DNA from: Octopus vulgaris
Lineage: Eukaryota
Direction: 5' to 3'
DNA: 64,000 nt
Assembly (NCBI GenBank): GCA_951406725.2
Contig: OX597823.1
Coordinates: forward strand, 115,320,001 to 115,384,000
A model generated the notes under the pieces. The model saw only the letters and a list, made by a program, of their open reading frames with translations, searched no databases and was not told the DNA's origin. The translations under genes were made by a program, and so were the position numbers. Of this stretch, positions 40,314-51,930 are shown in pieces; position 1 is the stretch's first letter, and the number at the start of each line of letters is the position of its first letter.

Positions 40314-40720
40314 GGTGCAGGAGTGGCTGTGTGGTAAGTAGCTTGCTTACCAACCATATGGTTCCGGGTTCAGTCCCACTGCATGGCGCCTTGGGCAAGT
40401 GTCTTCTACTATAGCTTCGGGCCAACCAAAGCCTTGTGAGTGGAATTGGTAGACAGAAACTGAAAGAAGCCTGTCATATATATATATATGTATATATGTA
40501 TATGTGTGTGTGTGTGTTTATGTGTCTGTGTTTGTCCCCCCAACATCGCTTGACAACCGATGCTGGTATGTTTACGTCCCCGTTACTTAGCGATTCGGCA
40601 AAAGAGACCGATAGAATAAGTACTAGGCTTACAAAAATTAAGTCCTGGGGTCGATTTGCTTGACTAAAAGGCGGTGCCCTAGCATGGCCGCAGTCAAATG
40701 ACTGAAACAGGTAAAAGAGA
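40314..40720 (+). mobile_element. tRNA-type SINE, full-length (family A in this window)
   Basis: A-box-like TGGCTGTGTGGT, B-box-like GGTTCAGTCCC, GGCGCCTTGGGCAAGTGTCTT core, internal TA/TG tract, GACTGAAACAGGTAAAAGAG tail; more than 8 copies in the window. Confidence 0.9.
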
Positions 40721-41677
40721 ATAGAGAGATATACACAACAAGGAAGACATGCTCTTGTCTGTCTCCTGTCCAAGCTTGATTTACACGTTCACCACGATAA
40801 CCTCAATTAGGCTTAGCAACCCCTCCTGTTTGTTTTCACTGTCCTGTTTGTGTTACCAGCTTGACCCTCCACAAAATCTCAAATTTATTTAATCTCCTTT
40901 GCAGAAGCAACAGTTTTATCAAAAGTGTATGCTGCTGTTAAATGCTCAAAATACAAGAGTAGAAAAACAGCCAACAACTGATGAAGGGTTGTTCTTTATG
41001 TTGTTTGCCTTGTTTTCCATTTGTGTCTTTTGTTGTTTGAAAAAATAGTTGATATTCCATGTACTCATACTTCGTATTTTTTTGTTGTACACGTTTTATC
41101 ATGTCCTGTCCCCATATATGCATATATATGTGTATGTATAGATGTATGTATGAAGGTAAATATATAGCCCTGGTTCACTAGGTGATAGTAAAAAGGAGGA
41201 TAACATGTGTGATGGAAAGGCACGTCATTTTCAGGAGGGACAAAGAAGACTTGCTTCTGTGGGGACAATGTTATATGTAGCTGAAGGTGGTCAGTGGTGT
41301 GAGTATGTTTTCCATTCTCTCATGTGGGAAGAGGGATGACCATGTTGACAAAATAAATTCTCTATCATGATGACAGCAATGAAAAATTTTGCTTTTTCAG
41401 TTCAGGAAGTCACCCAGAAAGTTGTTACCATGCGGTAGTTACGATGAGAGAAACTCTCATATTGACTTTTGGTGCAAAATGCATACTTGTTTACATAGCG
41501 AGGAGATAAATCTCTGCAAACCCTAGCACTGACACCACCATTTCACGTGATTTTGACCTTCCTCAGTCTTGTCAATGATGGGCATTTAACCGCTGCCAGC
41601 AATATACAGTATAATAGTGTTGGAAAAGGTGCTGATGTCAAAATTAGTGAGTGATATACATATATATATATATATAT

Positions 41678-42018
41678 ATCATCATCGTTTAACGTCCGCT
41701 TTCCATGCTAGCATGGGTTGGACGGTTCAACTGGGGTCTGGGAAGCCAGAAGGCTGCACCAGGCCCAGTCTGATCTGGCAGTGTTTCTATGGCTGGATGC
41801 CCTTCCTAATGCCAACCACTCTGTGAGTGTAGTGGGTGCTTTTTATGTGCCACCGGCACAGGTACCAGGCGAGGCTGGTAAACGGCCACGATCGGATGGT
41901 GCTTTTTACATACCACCGGCACGGAGGCCAGTTGAGGCAGTGCTGGCAACGGCCACGTTCGGATGGTTCTCTTACGTGCCACCGGCACTGGTATCACAGC
42001 TACAATTTCCATTGATGT

Positions 42019-42020
<2 letters not shown>
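41678..42020 (-). mobile_element. RTE-tailed short retroposon (family B)
   Basis: (CAT)n CGTTTAACGTCCGCTTTCCATGCTAGCATGGGTTGGACGG is the reverse of an RTE-type 3' end with an (ATG)n tail; multiple copies in the window. Confidence 0.85.
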
Positions 42021-42066
<46 letters not shown>

Positions 42067-42436
42067 GTAAAAACGGTGAGATAACAAAGATGGCGAAAGA
42101 TGCAAGTGAAGATGTGTACGTTTTTCTAGTGAGGGTGGGTGAATGTATGCGTATGCACGTGGGTTTGCGAGCGCACATGTGTATGTATGAACAGGAGCGC
42201 TTACGCGTATACTATAAAATTTTACCCCCTTACCTTAATTAGTGGTCATTCGAATAGCTCTTTTGTCTAAATAGTGGTCAATAACACAGTAATTTCCCTT
42301 TGTATAACGGTCATTTTTCATAATGCTTTTTTGATGGCCAGTTAACTGAAGAGATGGTGGTGTGGATTTCTACCTCGGCATCCAAAACTCAGAGTTTTAT
42401 CTTGGCTACCAAATAATTGTCACATATTACATTTAC

Positions 42437-42496
<60 letters not shown>

Positions 42497-42854
42497 ATAT
42501 TTTAGTGAAAAGTTGCATTCGAAAAATCCCCCCCCCTGATGACCTGTAATTAAAAATATGAGGAGAAAAATGCACAGAAGTTTTGTATTTTTTTTTTTTA
42601 TGAACTAAAATATTTACATTGTCAAGCGGTTTCACTTTTGCTAATCATGACTAAGAAATTAGCAAAAATATTACAATTTTATGGTATCATAAGAAAGTTT
42701 TTAGTCTATGTTAGTAGCAGGAAAGTTGTTTTGTAAATGAATTAGTAACTAAATAAATTTAAGGGGAGGTAATTTCTTTTTTGGAGAAGAACTGATTTGT
42801 ATTTACATTATGAATGGAAATATTTACAAAATCAGTTATGTGTACCTGATTTAA

Positions 42855-43069
42855 CCCTTTAGCATTTAGAATACTCCATCAAATGTAATGTTTATTTATT
42901 CACATTATTTTGAATTTATCTTGTATTATCTTGCAGCTTTGAGATTTTGATTCTGTGATAGTTGATTTTTAGACTAACATTGTAGATGTAAGAGACTGGA
43001 TCTGGCCAGTTTGAAAATAACATAGATGGAATATTTTGGTCAAATATGGCTGTTTTAAATGCTAAAGGG
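42855..43069. mobile_element. piggyBac-type MITE
   Basis: TTAA|CCCTTTAGCATTTA ... TAAATGCTAAAGGG|TTAA: 14-bp perfect TIRs and a TTAA TSD. Confidence 0.9.
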
Positions 43070-43149
43070 TTAAATTTATGAATTAAAATAATTCCAGGGT
43101 TGGTTGTTTTCATGAATTAAAATATTTGTGTTCATATTCAGGTGCAGTT

Positions 43150-44670
43150 TGTATTTTCCAACAAACAAAAATATTCTCTTTATTTAATTGTTGTTTTATA
43201 GAAATTCTTTCATTGCATTGGTAAATGGGGTAAAACAGTGAAGTTTGGCTGGCAGTTCCCCACACATCTCTTTATGTGTTCACTTAATGGTATTCATCTA
43301 TATCTTGGGAAACGGATCTGATCCTTATGCAGTGTCATTCTCAGTCCGATAGACATACATGTTTGACCGATATAATTGTGTCCACATACCGAACAAGTTA
43401 TCACATAGATTAAGTTTTTGGATGCACAGGTAAAATCAGTCTTAATTACGATTTTGATCCTTGTTTGAAGTGGAATTCCAAACCTGCCAGTAGGTTGGGA
43501 CATGTTCCACAGTTTGGACATCATCTTTTAACTTTTGGTTCCACTGTTGTTGTGTATCATTATACATTTGACAGTCTTCTTTTTAACAATTTAGGATGTT
43601 TTCTACTTTCGAGGAATTTGTGTGTTTTCAGAATGTGGTTCATCTTAGAGTCCCTAATGAACATAGTTAAATTTTGAATAATGGTGTTATATGCTTAGTG
43701 TTTCTGTTGAAATATAGGGTAGAATTTTGAAATGGGGTGTGTAATTTTATTTTGTTTCCTTCAGCATTTGGATATCTATTTTCTCTACACATTTAATCCC
43801 CTCATCTATCAGCGAGGATGGAAAGGTCCTGGATATTTGCATCAGACACAAATTGTACAAATCTTTTCTGCTAAATAAATGGGAATAGTTTGTTTCCATG
43901 TGTTTTGGGTGGCATCAGGTAAAAAGGTATTGCTTCGAGTCTGTGAGTTTATAATTGATATCAGTTTCAATTTGATTTAGCTTATACCTTTTACTTGTTT
44001 CAGTCAGTAAACTGCAGCCACCCTGGGGCAACACCTTGGAGAATTTTATCTAAATGAACTGACCCCAATATGTTTATTAAAATTTTTTTTTTTTATCATG
44101 CCTGGTACTTATTTTATTGGTCTCTTTGCCAAACTACTAGTTGTAGGGACATAAACACACCAACACTGGTTTTCAAGTGGTGGTAGAGGACCACACACAC
44201 ACACACACATATATGACATGATTCTTTCAGTTTCCATCTTTCAAATCCACTCACAAGGCTTTAGTTGGTGCTAGGCTATAGTAGAAGACATTTCACCAAG
44301 GTACCACACAGTAGGACTGAACCTGGAACTAAATAGTTGGGAAGCAAGCTCATTACACAGCCACACCTCCCCCTCTTGAATTCTTTCGTCAAAATATGAA
44401 GGAATGTAAGTTGCTCTTTGCTGTACTCCACTGTATAAACTAAATATTTAGATTTATATCATTGAACAGTGACTTAAATTCAAACAAATTATCAATATTC
44501 TCATTCCAAAAGATAAAGTAGTCAGTCAGATATTTTCCCCAATTCTCTCTTATATACAGTAAAAAGGAGTATCTATATTTTTGTAGTGATACTGATATTC
44601 TAAATGTTCTATTATTAGGTTCACAAAAAGTTGGGGCTGCTTCTATTCCCATTGCAATTCCACCTTTTCC
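43150..44670 (-). mobile_element. Decayed Penelope-like retroelement (RT plus GIY-YIG endonuclease), interrupted by a SINE
   Basis: FTCASKNLIYVITCSVCGHNYIGQT...RMTLH (GIY-YIG) at 43294-43524; GIAMGIEAAP (RT) at ~44630-44665. Confidence 0.85.
43988..44370 (-). mobile_element. SINE family A inserted in a Penelope remnant
   Basis: Reverse-complement match to family A. Confidence 0.8.
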
Positions 44671-44806
44671 TCAGCAGTATATATATATATATATATATAT
44701 ATTGATAAAAACGGTAAGACAACAAATGAAAGAAAGAGACCTTGATATTATGTAAATAGAGGAATTTATCTGTAAATGTAATATGTAACAATTATTCGGT
44801 AGCCAT

Positions 44807-44867
44807 GATAAAACTCCGAGTTTCAGATGCCGAGGTAGAAATCCACACCACCATCTCTTCAGTTATC
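44807..44867 (-). ncRNA. Type I hammerhead ribozyme motif (mirror copy)
   Basis: The reverse complement reads GATAA CTGAAGA GATG...CATC T GAAA CTCGGAG T T TTATC. Confidence 0.55.
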
Positions 44868-44869
44868 CG

Positions 44870-44930
44870 GATAACTGAAGAGATGGCGGTGTGGATTTCC
44901 ACCTCAGCATCCGAAACTCAGAGTTTTATC
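44870..44930 (+). ncRNA. Type I hammerhead ribozyme motif (Penelope pLTR type)
   Basis: GATAA-CTGAAGA-GATG...CATC-C-GAAA-CTC-A-GAG-T-T-TTATC. Stem I GATAA/TTATC, intact CUGANGA and GAAA cores, minimal stem III, GUU cleavage triplet at ~44923-44925; one extra nucleotide at the base of stem II. Confidence 0.6.
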
Positions 44931-45866
44931 ATGGCTACCGAATAATTGTCACACATTACATTTACAGATATATATATATATACACACACATATATATATA
45001 TATATACACACACACATATCAGTGTGTGTGTATACGTATAAAGAACCTGTACCAAATTCTTTCATTGAAAGTTACACAAACAGTAGAATGGGGTGCAATT
45101 GGATAGTACCAAAAATCCCAACATTGACATCAGAATGCAAGGACCAGATACTACACAGCACCTTCAAAACAAGACTGGGTTTCCTGTCAAGAGTTTCAGA
45201 TAAATACAGATGAGGGCAGTGACACTAAACTCCCTCATTCACCTTTGCCCATTCCTCTTGCTCAGTACATCCCTCTTTACTGCCACCCCATCCTCATGCT
45301 TCAAATTCCTTCCCCATCTCCTCACAGCTTGTTCAGAGCCACTTAGCACTACCAACCCCTTGCCTTTCTCCCTTTCTCTCTATTTACTTTCATATCTTTC
45401 TACATATCAGTACCCTCCATCTGCCACCAACCTATGTTCATTCTTCAAATTTCCCCTTCACCATTCTACAGGCATCTATAGCTAGATACTTTCTCTTCCT
45501 CTAATACTCTCCATTCTCTCACTATTCCAATTTCTTTCACACAGTTCAATAGCTCCACCATTCCTAACTATTTATGTCAGTTGTCAAGCCCAACAAGGAC
45601 CACCCTTCACAATACTACCCATCCTACATCTTCTACAACTCCCAACTCTCTACTTCTACTTTCTTAATTACCCTGATCACTCTCCCCTCCCAATTCCTGA
45701 TTTGAATTTCCTATCACTTCCTTGCTTAAACACTCCCTACAATGAGCTCCCTCAATGAGCTGCCTACACCCTCCCTCCATTTACTTCTGTCTGCCTTCCT
45801 TTTCACCCATCCTCCCTTTAAATTTCCATTCACTATGATTTGAATTGTTAGATAACTATCTCTACA

Positions 45867-45996
45867 CCCTGAAGACAGGGGCCAGATCTACCTAATGTTT
45901 ACATGCTTCCACAACTGGCTGCATATCCTTGAATTTTTGTGAACTACATTTGCCAACATTATGATGTAATTCTGAGGCCCCAGAAACAGCTGTTGG
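45867..45996 (+). ncRNA. Hammerhead-like motif with very long stem II loop
   Basis: CC-CTGAAGA-CA-GGGGCC...~90 nt...GGCCCC-A-GAAA-CAGCTG-T-T-GG; palindromic stem III typical of Penelope hammerheads. Confidence 0.45.
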
Positions 45997-46220
45997 ACTT
46001 GTAACACTTTATTCCCTGCTCTCCATCATTTTGTGTCTTTGTACTCAATGTTTGCACTGTTAATATATAAATATCTATATATTTATACATGAATATATAT
46101 ATGTAAATATATGTGTGTGTGTAGATAGATAGACAGATGGATAGACAGACAGACAGATAGATAGATATTTAATAATTTTGTGTCTTTGTACATATGCAAA
46201 CACATATGTATGCATATACG

Positions 46221-46264
<44 letters not shown>

Positions 46265-47790
46265 GCAATGCACCCTGGCATTGCCTGGATGTTATGACCT
46301 ACAGCCACATTATATTATTTGTTCCTTGTTTATGGGCAGAATCGGTACATGAGGAGTATGAAGCAAGTAAACTCATCTTTATAAACATGCTTTACAGTCA
46401 TTTTCTGATGAACAATGCTGCAGTTTCTGTCTACCAAGTTCAGTCACATGTCTATGGTTGGCCTAGGGCAATAGTAGAAAACATTTGCCCAAGGTATCAT
46501 GCAGAGAAATTGAACATGGAACCATGTGGTTGGGAAGCAAAATTCTCAACCACACAGTCATTCTTGCATCTAATATGTGTGTGAGTGAGTATGTGGTTAC
46601 ATTTGCTGTTAAATCAAGTACTGTGCCCCACTATGTCTCAAAGTTCATCAAGCAGAGATCAATAAAATAAATGCCAGATTGAAATACATACCGAGGTCAG
46701 TATGATCGATTAAATTTTGAAGGAAAGACTAAACCCAAGAAAATGTTTAAAAACTTAATGGCTTCAAATTTAAGGTAATGGATTACTAACCACAAGAATT
46801 CAAAACTTTGTATTGAACTTCCACAAATGATAACACTATATGTACATCTCAGTCTACCTGACTTCCAACAATTAACAATTGTAATTTGAAGTTGAATGGT
46901 TAGCAGTAAGAAAGATGTCTAGATTACTTTAAAAATTAATGTGCAAAATATTCTGAGAAAAAGTATTTTTTTCGCCACAAGAAAATACACACACACACAT
47001 AGGTATCTCTGTGGTAACTTGAGCTGCAACAGAGAGCAGCCAAATCTTTCTTAAAACACACCTTTTCATCAAAAGAAAGTCACAAATTTATAGTATTTCA
47101 GGAAAGGTTAAAAAAAAAAAAGTATGCAATGGGTCTGCTACATCAGAGGCAACTATTTCAGGAAGGAAATTAAAAATTCAGCCAAAGACCTCAAAATTGT
47201 GCGACCTGAAATCGTTTATTAGATTATTTTTGTAGTAAAAAAGAGTTGTTGTGCAAAAAACATACTTTATTTGGTAGCCGAAAGATTACTGAATCATCTG
47301 ATAACTTCTACGTCAAAATGGACAACTCAGTTTTCAAATCCATCAGGAACACACGCACACACACACACAACAAACTCTGTTTTATTATCCAAGATATATA
47401 CACAGATATGGTTACATACGTAATTACATATACATACATATGTAAAGACATATACATTAATAAATATTTATGCATACACACACACACATAAGTATATAAA
47501 CCACAGATTACAACATAATTAGAAAATCATAGAGAAATGCAAGCTTTATTTCAAAAATTGCAGAAAATGTATGTTATGCTTAGTTGAGAAAAGAATTATG
47601 CTAAAATACTCTCATCACTCAGAACAGCATAAAAATTCGCCTGTGCCAACATAAGAGAAAGTATATTTTATCTGAACTACCCTCCTCACCATGATTACAT
47701 TCAGCTAGGTTCTCCGCAGTAGTCCTCCCACAATCACATCGTGAGAAACCAGTAATATCTTTAACCAATCCATATGAATATATACACAAA

Positions 47791-48189
47791 CTAGCAGTAT
47801 CGCCCGGCATTGCTCGGGTTTGTAAGGGAAATAACAATATAAGCATTTTTAGAGATGTAAAGTATAATAGCCATCTCAATATGGCTAACCACAAAGTGGG
47901 GGGGGGTGTTACTGTAGCTTTTTACGTTCTGAGATTTAATAATAAATTTTTAGAGAGTTACTTCCCTTATATATCCCAAAAATGCATTAAAAATGGGAAA
48001 AAATGATGGTAAATTTTTTTTAAATCGTAGACTCATCGTAGATGCACGCTAGTACCCAGAAGGGCTCGATATGAATCATGACTATAAGATAACCGGTTTT
48101 GGTTAAACTGCCCCGCAAAATGTGGGAGTAGTTAGGAATCTAAATCGTAGGAGACAGACAGCACACAACCTCACTTTTATATACACAAA
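47791..48189 (-). mobile_element. Non-autonomous Helitron
   Basis: Same 3' end (A|CTAGCAGTATCGCCCGGCATTGCTCGGG on plus) as 9693-10071, plus shared internal blocks. Confidence 0.75.
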
Positions 48190-48400
48190 TATACACCCAT
48201 GCAATGAATAAAAGCTTTAGGTACGTGCTTAGTATCTACTTCCTGAAAATCACTATCCATATATGAAGTCTCTATACACAGGCCTTACCCCCAAACCAAC
48301 CCAGCCCTACACATATATTTACCCACCAGATTCTTGCTGCATCACAGATAATTTACATGTTTTGGGAGCCAGGGATATAACTTCTGATAAATCTCTTGCA

Positions 48401-48760
48401 CAGTAGCGTAACTGGGGGCTAAGGGGGAACATGCCCTGGGTGCCGACTGAAGGTGGGGGTCTCATGAAAAGCAAAAATGATGAGACTTTAATTGATTGTA
48501 TTTTTTTTTTAATTACATCTCATTTCACGAATTAGATTTTTTAATGTTTCAACTGGAAAACTGGTGCATTAAACAGTTAAAATAAGGAAGTTTTATAAAA
48601 GTAAACATTAAAAAAATATACTTTGAATCACAGGCTGTACCGAGCCGAGAAGTAAATGAACCCTGGTAAAGTATTTATTCCTAAAATATTGCCTTAAAAC
48701 ATTAATTATTTGTAACAAATAAGTACTATATAATATTGTGGATTTTATAATCGGGACACA
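48401..48760 (+). mobile_element. Possible hAT-type MITE remnant
   Basis: Begins CAGTAGCGTAACTGGGGG, resembling CAGTGGCGTA-type hAT termini; the other end was not identified. Confidence 0.3.
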
Positions 48761-49129
48761 CATACACACATATTTTTGCAGCTTTCCCCGAGTGCAGCTT
48801 ACCCTAGCTACACCACTGCTCCCGCAACTTCCTTTCATCTTCATTTCCCACCACCCACAAACCAGATGTGACAATTTTTCACCTCCAATAACATACTTGT
48901 TTCACACCTGTCATCTCTGAAGTGGATGCATATTATATAACTGGCCTTCTTTTTAATATCCAGTGCTCAAGTGACAGGTAACACTGACTGTAGTGGAGTT
49001 ATAACAGTGCATGCTTTGATTAAAACACAAACACATACATCAACATACATCCATATGTATGTACGTGTGCACATGTGTTTGTGCACGTGTATAAATATTT
49101 AGATGTATTTATGTATAAAGCAATGGCAG

Positions 49130-50090
49130 ATATGAAAAGAAAGAAAGCCTCATTTATGAGGAATTACTGCTGAGATGCTTAAAATATCTGGTGGACTAGG
49201 ATTCAGCCAACTCACCTGCTCAGTTAATCAGGTTAAAAGGAAGCTGTCAAACCCAATGTCTGGGCTAGCAGCATTATTGCCAGCTGTCGCAAGAGTAAAG
49301 GAGATGCCTTAGACAGAAATAGTTACAGAGTTATCAAACTGCTGGACTAGATCATAAAAGTTAGGGAGAGAGATATAGCCCAATTAATTAGCAAGTGTAT
49401 TAAATAACATGAGATACAGTTTGCTTTTGTGCAATGAAGAAATAGTACTGATGCCATCCTAATAAGACAACCTCAGGAGAAGTATCCAACTAAAAGACAT
49501 TGTACTTGGCATTTGCTATCCCGGAGAAAGCCTTTGACAGGTTCCCCATTCTATGATATGGTGGTCTTCAAAGAAGCTAGGAGTAGATGAATGGCTACTC
49601 AAAGTCATACAAGCTATGTACAAGGGTGCTGTCACTAAAATAAGAGTTAGCTATGAGTACAGCTATAAATTTAGAGAATAGGTGGACTTCGTCAGAGCTC
49701 AATTTTCAGTCCCTTCCTATTTGTCATTTTTCTCCTGACCTCAACAGAGAAATTTAAGACTGGCTGCCTTTAGAAACTATTATACCCTGATGACTTTGTT
49801 CTCAGTGGAATCTGTAATAGAATTAGTAAAGAAATTCCAAGAATGGAAGTAAAACCTGGAATCCTAGTCCCACAAAGTTACCTTAGCAAAGACCAACATT
49901 CAAGTAAGGAAGAAAATAGACTTAACTCTACTCCCTTCAGCTAAATGACCCTGCTTGATATGTAGGAAAGCTGATGACAGGAATTCCAATTGCTGTATTC
50001 AGTGCAAGTTATGGAAACATAAGTGACGCAGTGGAATCATAGGAAGGTTAATGGAGAAAGTAATGATCCAAGAAAACAGATAAACTAGTA
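49130..50090 (+). mobile_element. Decayed RTE-like LINE reverse transcriptase fragment
   Basis: LYLAFA..EKAFDRFP, WWS.KKLGVDEWL, LLYPDDFV (YADD); many stops. Confidence 0.8.
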
Positions 50091-51420
50091 TAGAATTCCC
50101 TCTGGGAGTCAAAGCCTCATTGAAAGGATGATAAACCGAAGATGCAGATTGATAAATCCTATAAAAAGTGAAATTGGCATCATTTGCAGATTTATCCTAG
50201 ATAATATCATATGACATATTAGAGCCACCTTAAATCTTAGCCACTAGATATATAACAGCACCACCATTGAGTGGTTTAAGGAAATCAAAGGTGACCCAAA
50301 TGCTAATTCATCCAGTTTGACATAAGAGATTTTTACCCCTGATCTTCAAAAATCTCCTTCTACAAGCGTTAGAGTTCTGTAAAATATATACAACTTTTAG
50401 TACACTGCCATCAAAATGAAGAAAATCTTTTTATTTTTTAATATTGACACCCTTATGGCAAAATAGGAATGGCAATGAACTATTTAATATTGCCATGGAG
50501 AACTATGATGGAGCAGAGGTAGCAAATCTGATTTACTGTTACATCCTGCATATATTTAAGAATGAAATAAAAGATGCAAAGACAGGGTTGTATAGGGATA
50601 ATGGTCTAAAAGTAGTACATAAGAATAGCCCCTATTTGGACAAGATAAGAAAAAAGTTATGCAAGATAATTAACCAACTCAATTTAAAAATTGCAATTAG
50701 TACTAACCTTGAGCTAATTTCCAAGATACTAATATCAATCTTAGCATAGGCCACTGAGGATACCTCTAACAATGATAGAGGCTCAAATAGTCAATCACCA
50801 ATAATTAAACAATTAGTTAAAAGCATAAGTGAGCATATTTGCAAACTATCCTTTGCTGAAGCAACCTTGAAATTAGCAGCCCCATATTACAACAGTGAAT
50901 TTGAATGATATAACATTAAGAACAATATAACCTATATCAAACCAAATAGATGGAGGTGTAGGAAAACCCTGGAGTATAACCCTCTATCCAGCATAAAAAT
51001 TACAAGGATCATAGCAAGACAATTCTTGTAGACATCCACTTTTTACATTCACATAAATATCATAAGATCTTTAATAGAAATACATTTAAAATCAGGTATA
51101 GTTGCCCTGCCACCACCAACATAGGCTCAGTTTTTTATCACAATAAAAACCATAGCATTAAGAACACCCCACATACATCTAGTAACTCCTATAGGTGTCC
51201 ACTGAATAAAAAGTAGTTGGAAAAAATAACCACAAAACGATGGTATACATATGAACATACATCCACAAAAGTGCAGGTGTGTGATGCATGTTGCATGAAT
51301 GTTTATATAAGGGTATGTCTAGATGCATTTGAAGAGTGAAGTTAAACAATATTTGATGCAGAACCCACACAGACATTTTACCAAAACTTGCAGAGAATCC
51401 AGTCTAACACAAATTACTCA
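50090..51420 (+). mobile_element. Decayed Penelope-like RT fragment
   Basis: RLINPIKSEIG, QFDIRDFYP, AMENYDGAEVANL, GLYRDNGL, IFNRNTFKI.Y. Confidence 0.8.
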
Positions 51421-51530
51421 CCAAATAAGTTACCTCCATAGCACCAAACATTTGGCACCTTGATGAGAATGAGGATGATATACATATAAGATATATACAG
51501 ATATACATACAGACACATGCACATATATAT

Positions 51531-51930
51531 AGGTAAGGCTGTGTGATAAGTTTGCCCCCCAACCATATGGTGCCAGATTGTCACACTGCATGGCACCTTG
51601 GGCAAGTGTCTTCTGTTATAGCTCAGGACCAATCAGAGCCTTGTGAGTAAATTTGGTAGACAAAAACTGAAAGAAGCCTATTACATATGTGTGTGCGTGT
51701 GTGTGTATACATGTGTGTGTGTGTGTGTGTGTCTTTTTGCATTTGTCCACTGGCTGAACAACTGATACTAGCACATTTACATTCCAGTAACTTAGCAGTT
51801 TGGTAAAAGCAACAAATAAAACAAGTAGCAGATTTCAGGAAATAAGTTTTGGTATGAATTTGTTTAACCCAAACCCTTCAAGGTGTTGCCCCAGCATGGC
51901 TGCAATGCAATTATGGAAACAAGTAAAAGA
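51531..51930 (+). mobile_element. SINE family A, diverged
   Basis: GGCACCTTGGGCAAGTGTCTT core and AAACAAGTAAAAGA tail. Confidence 0.8.

Larger units (their letters stand above)
44767..44970. repeat. 204-bp palindrome (102-bp arms, no spacer): inverted Penelope-type terminal repeat
   Basis: Arms are reverse complements centred on TATCC|GGATA at 44868/44869 with 7 transition mismatches; a third single-arm copy lies at ~42343-42441. Confidence 0.9.

Noticed and set aside
40314-40390. tRNA gene
   Set aside because: A/B-box-like head belongs to a multi-copy SINE; no cloverleaf.
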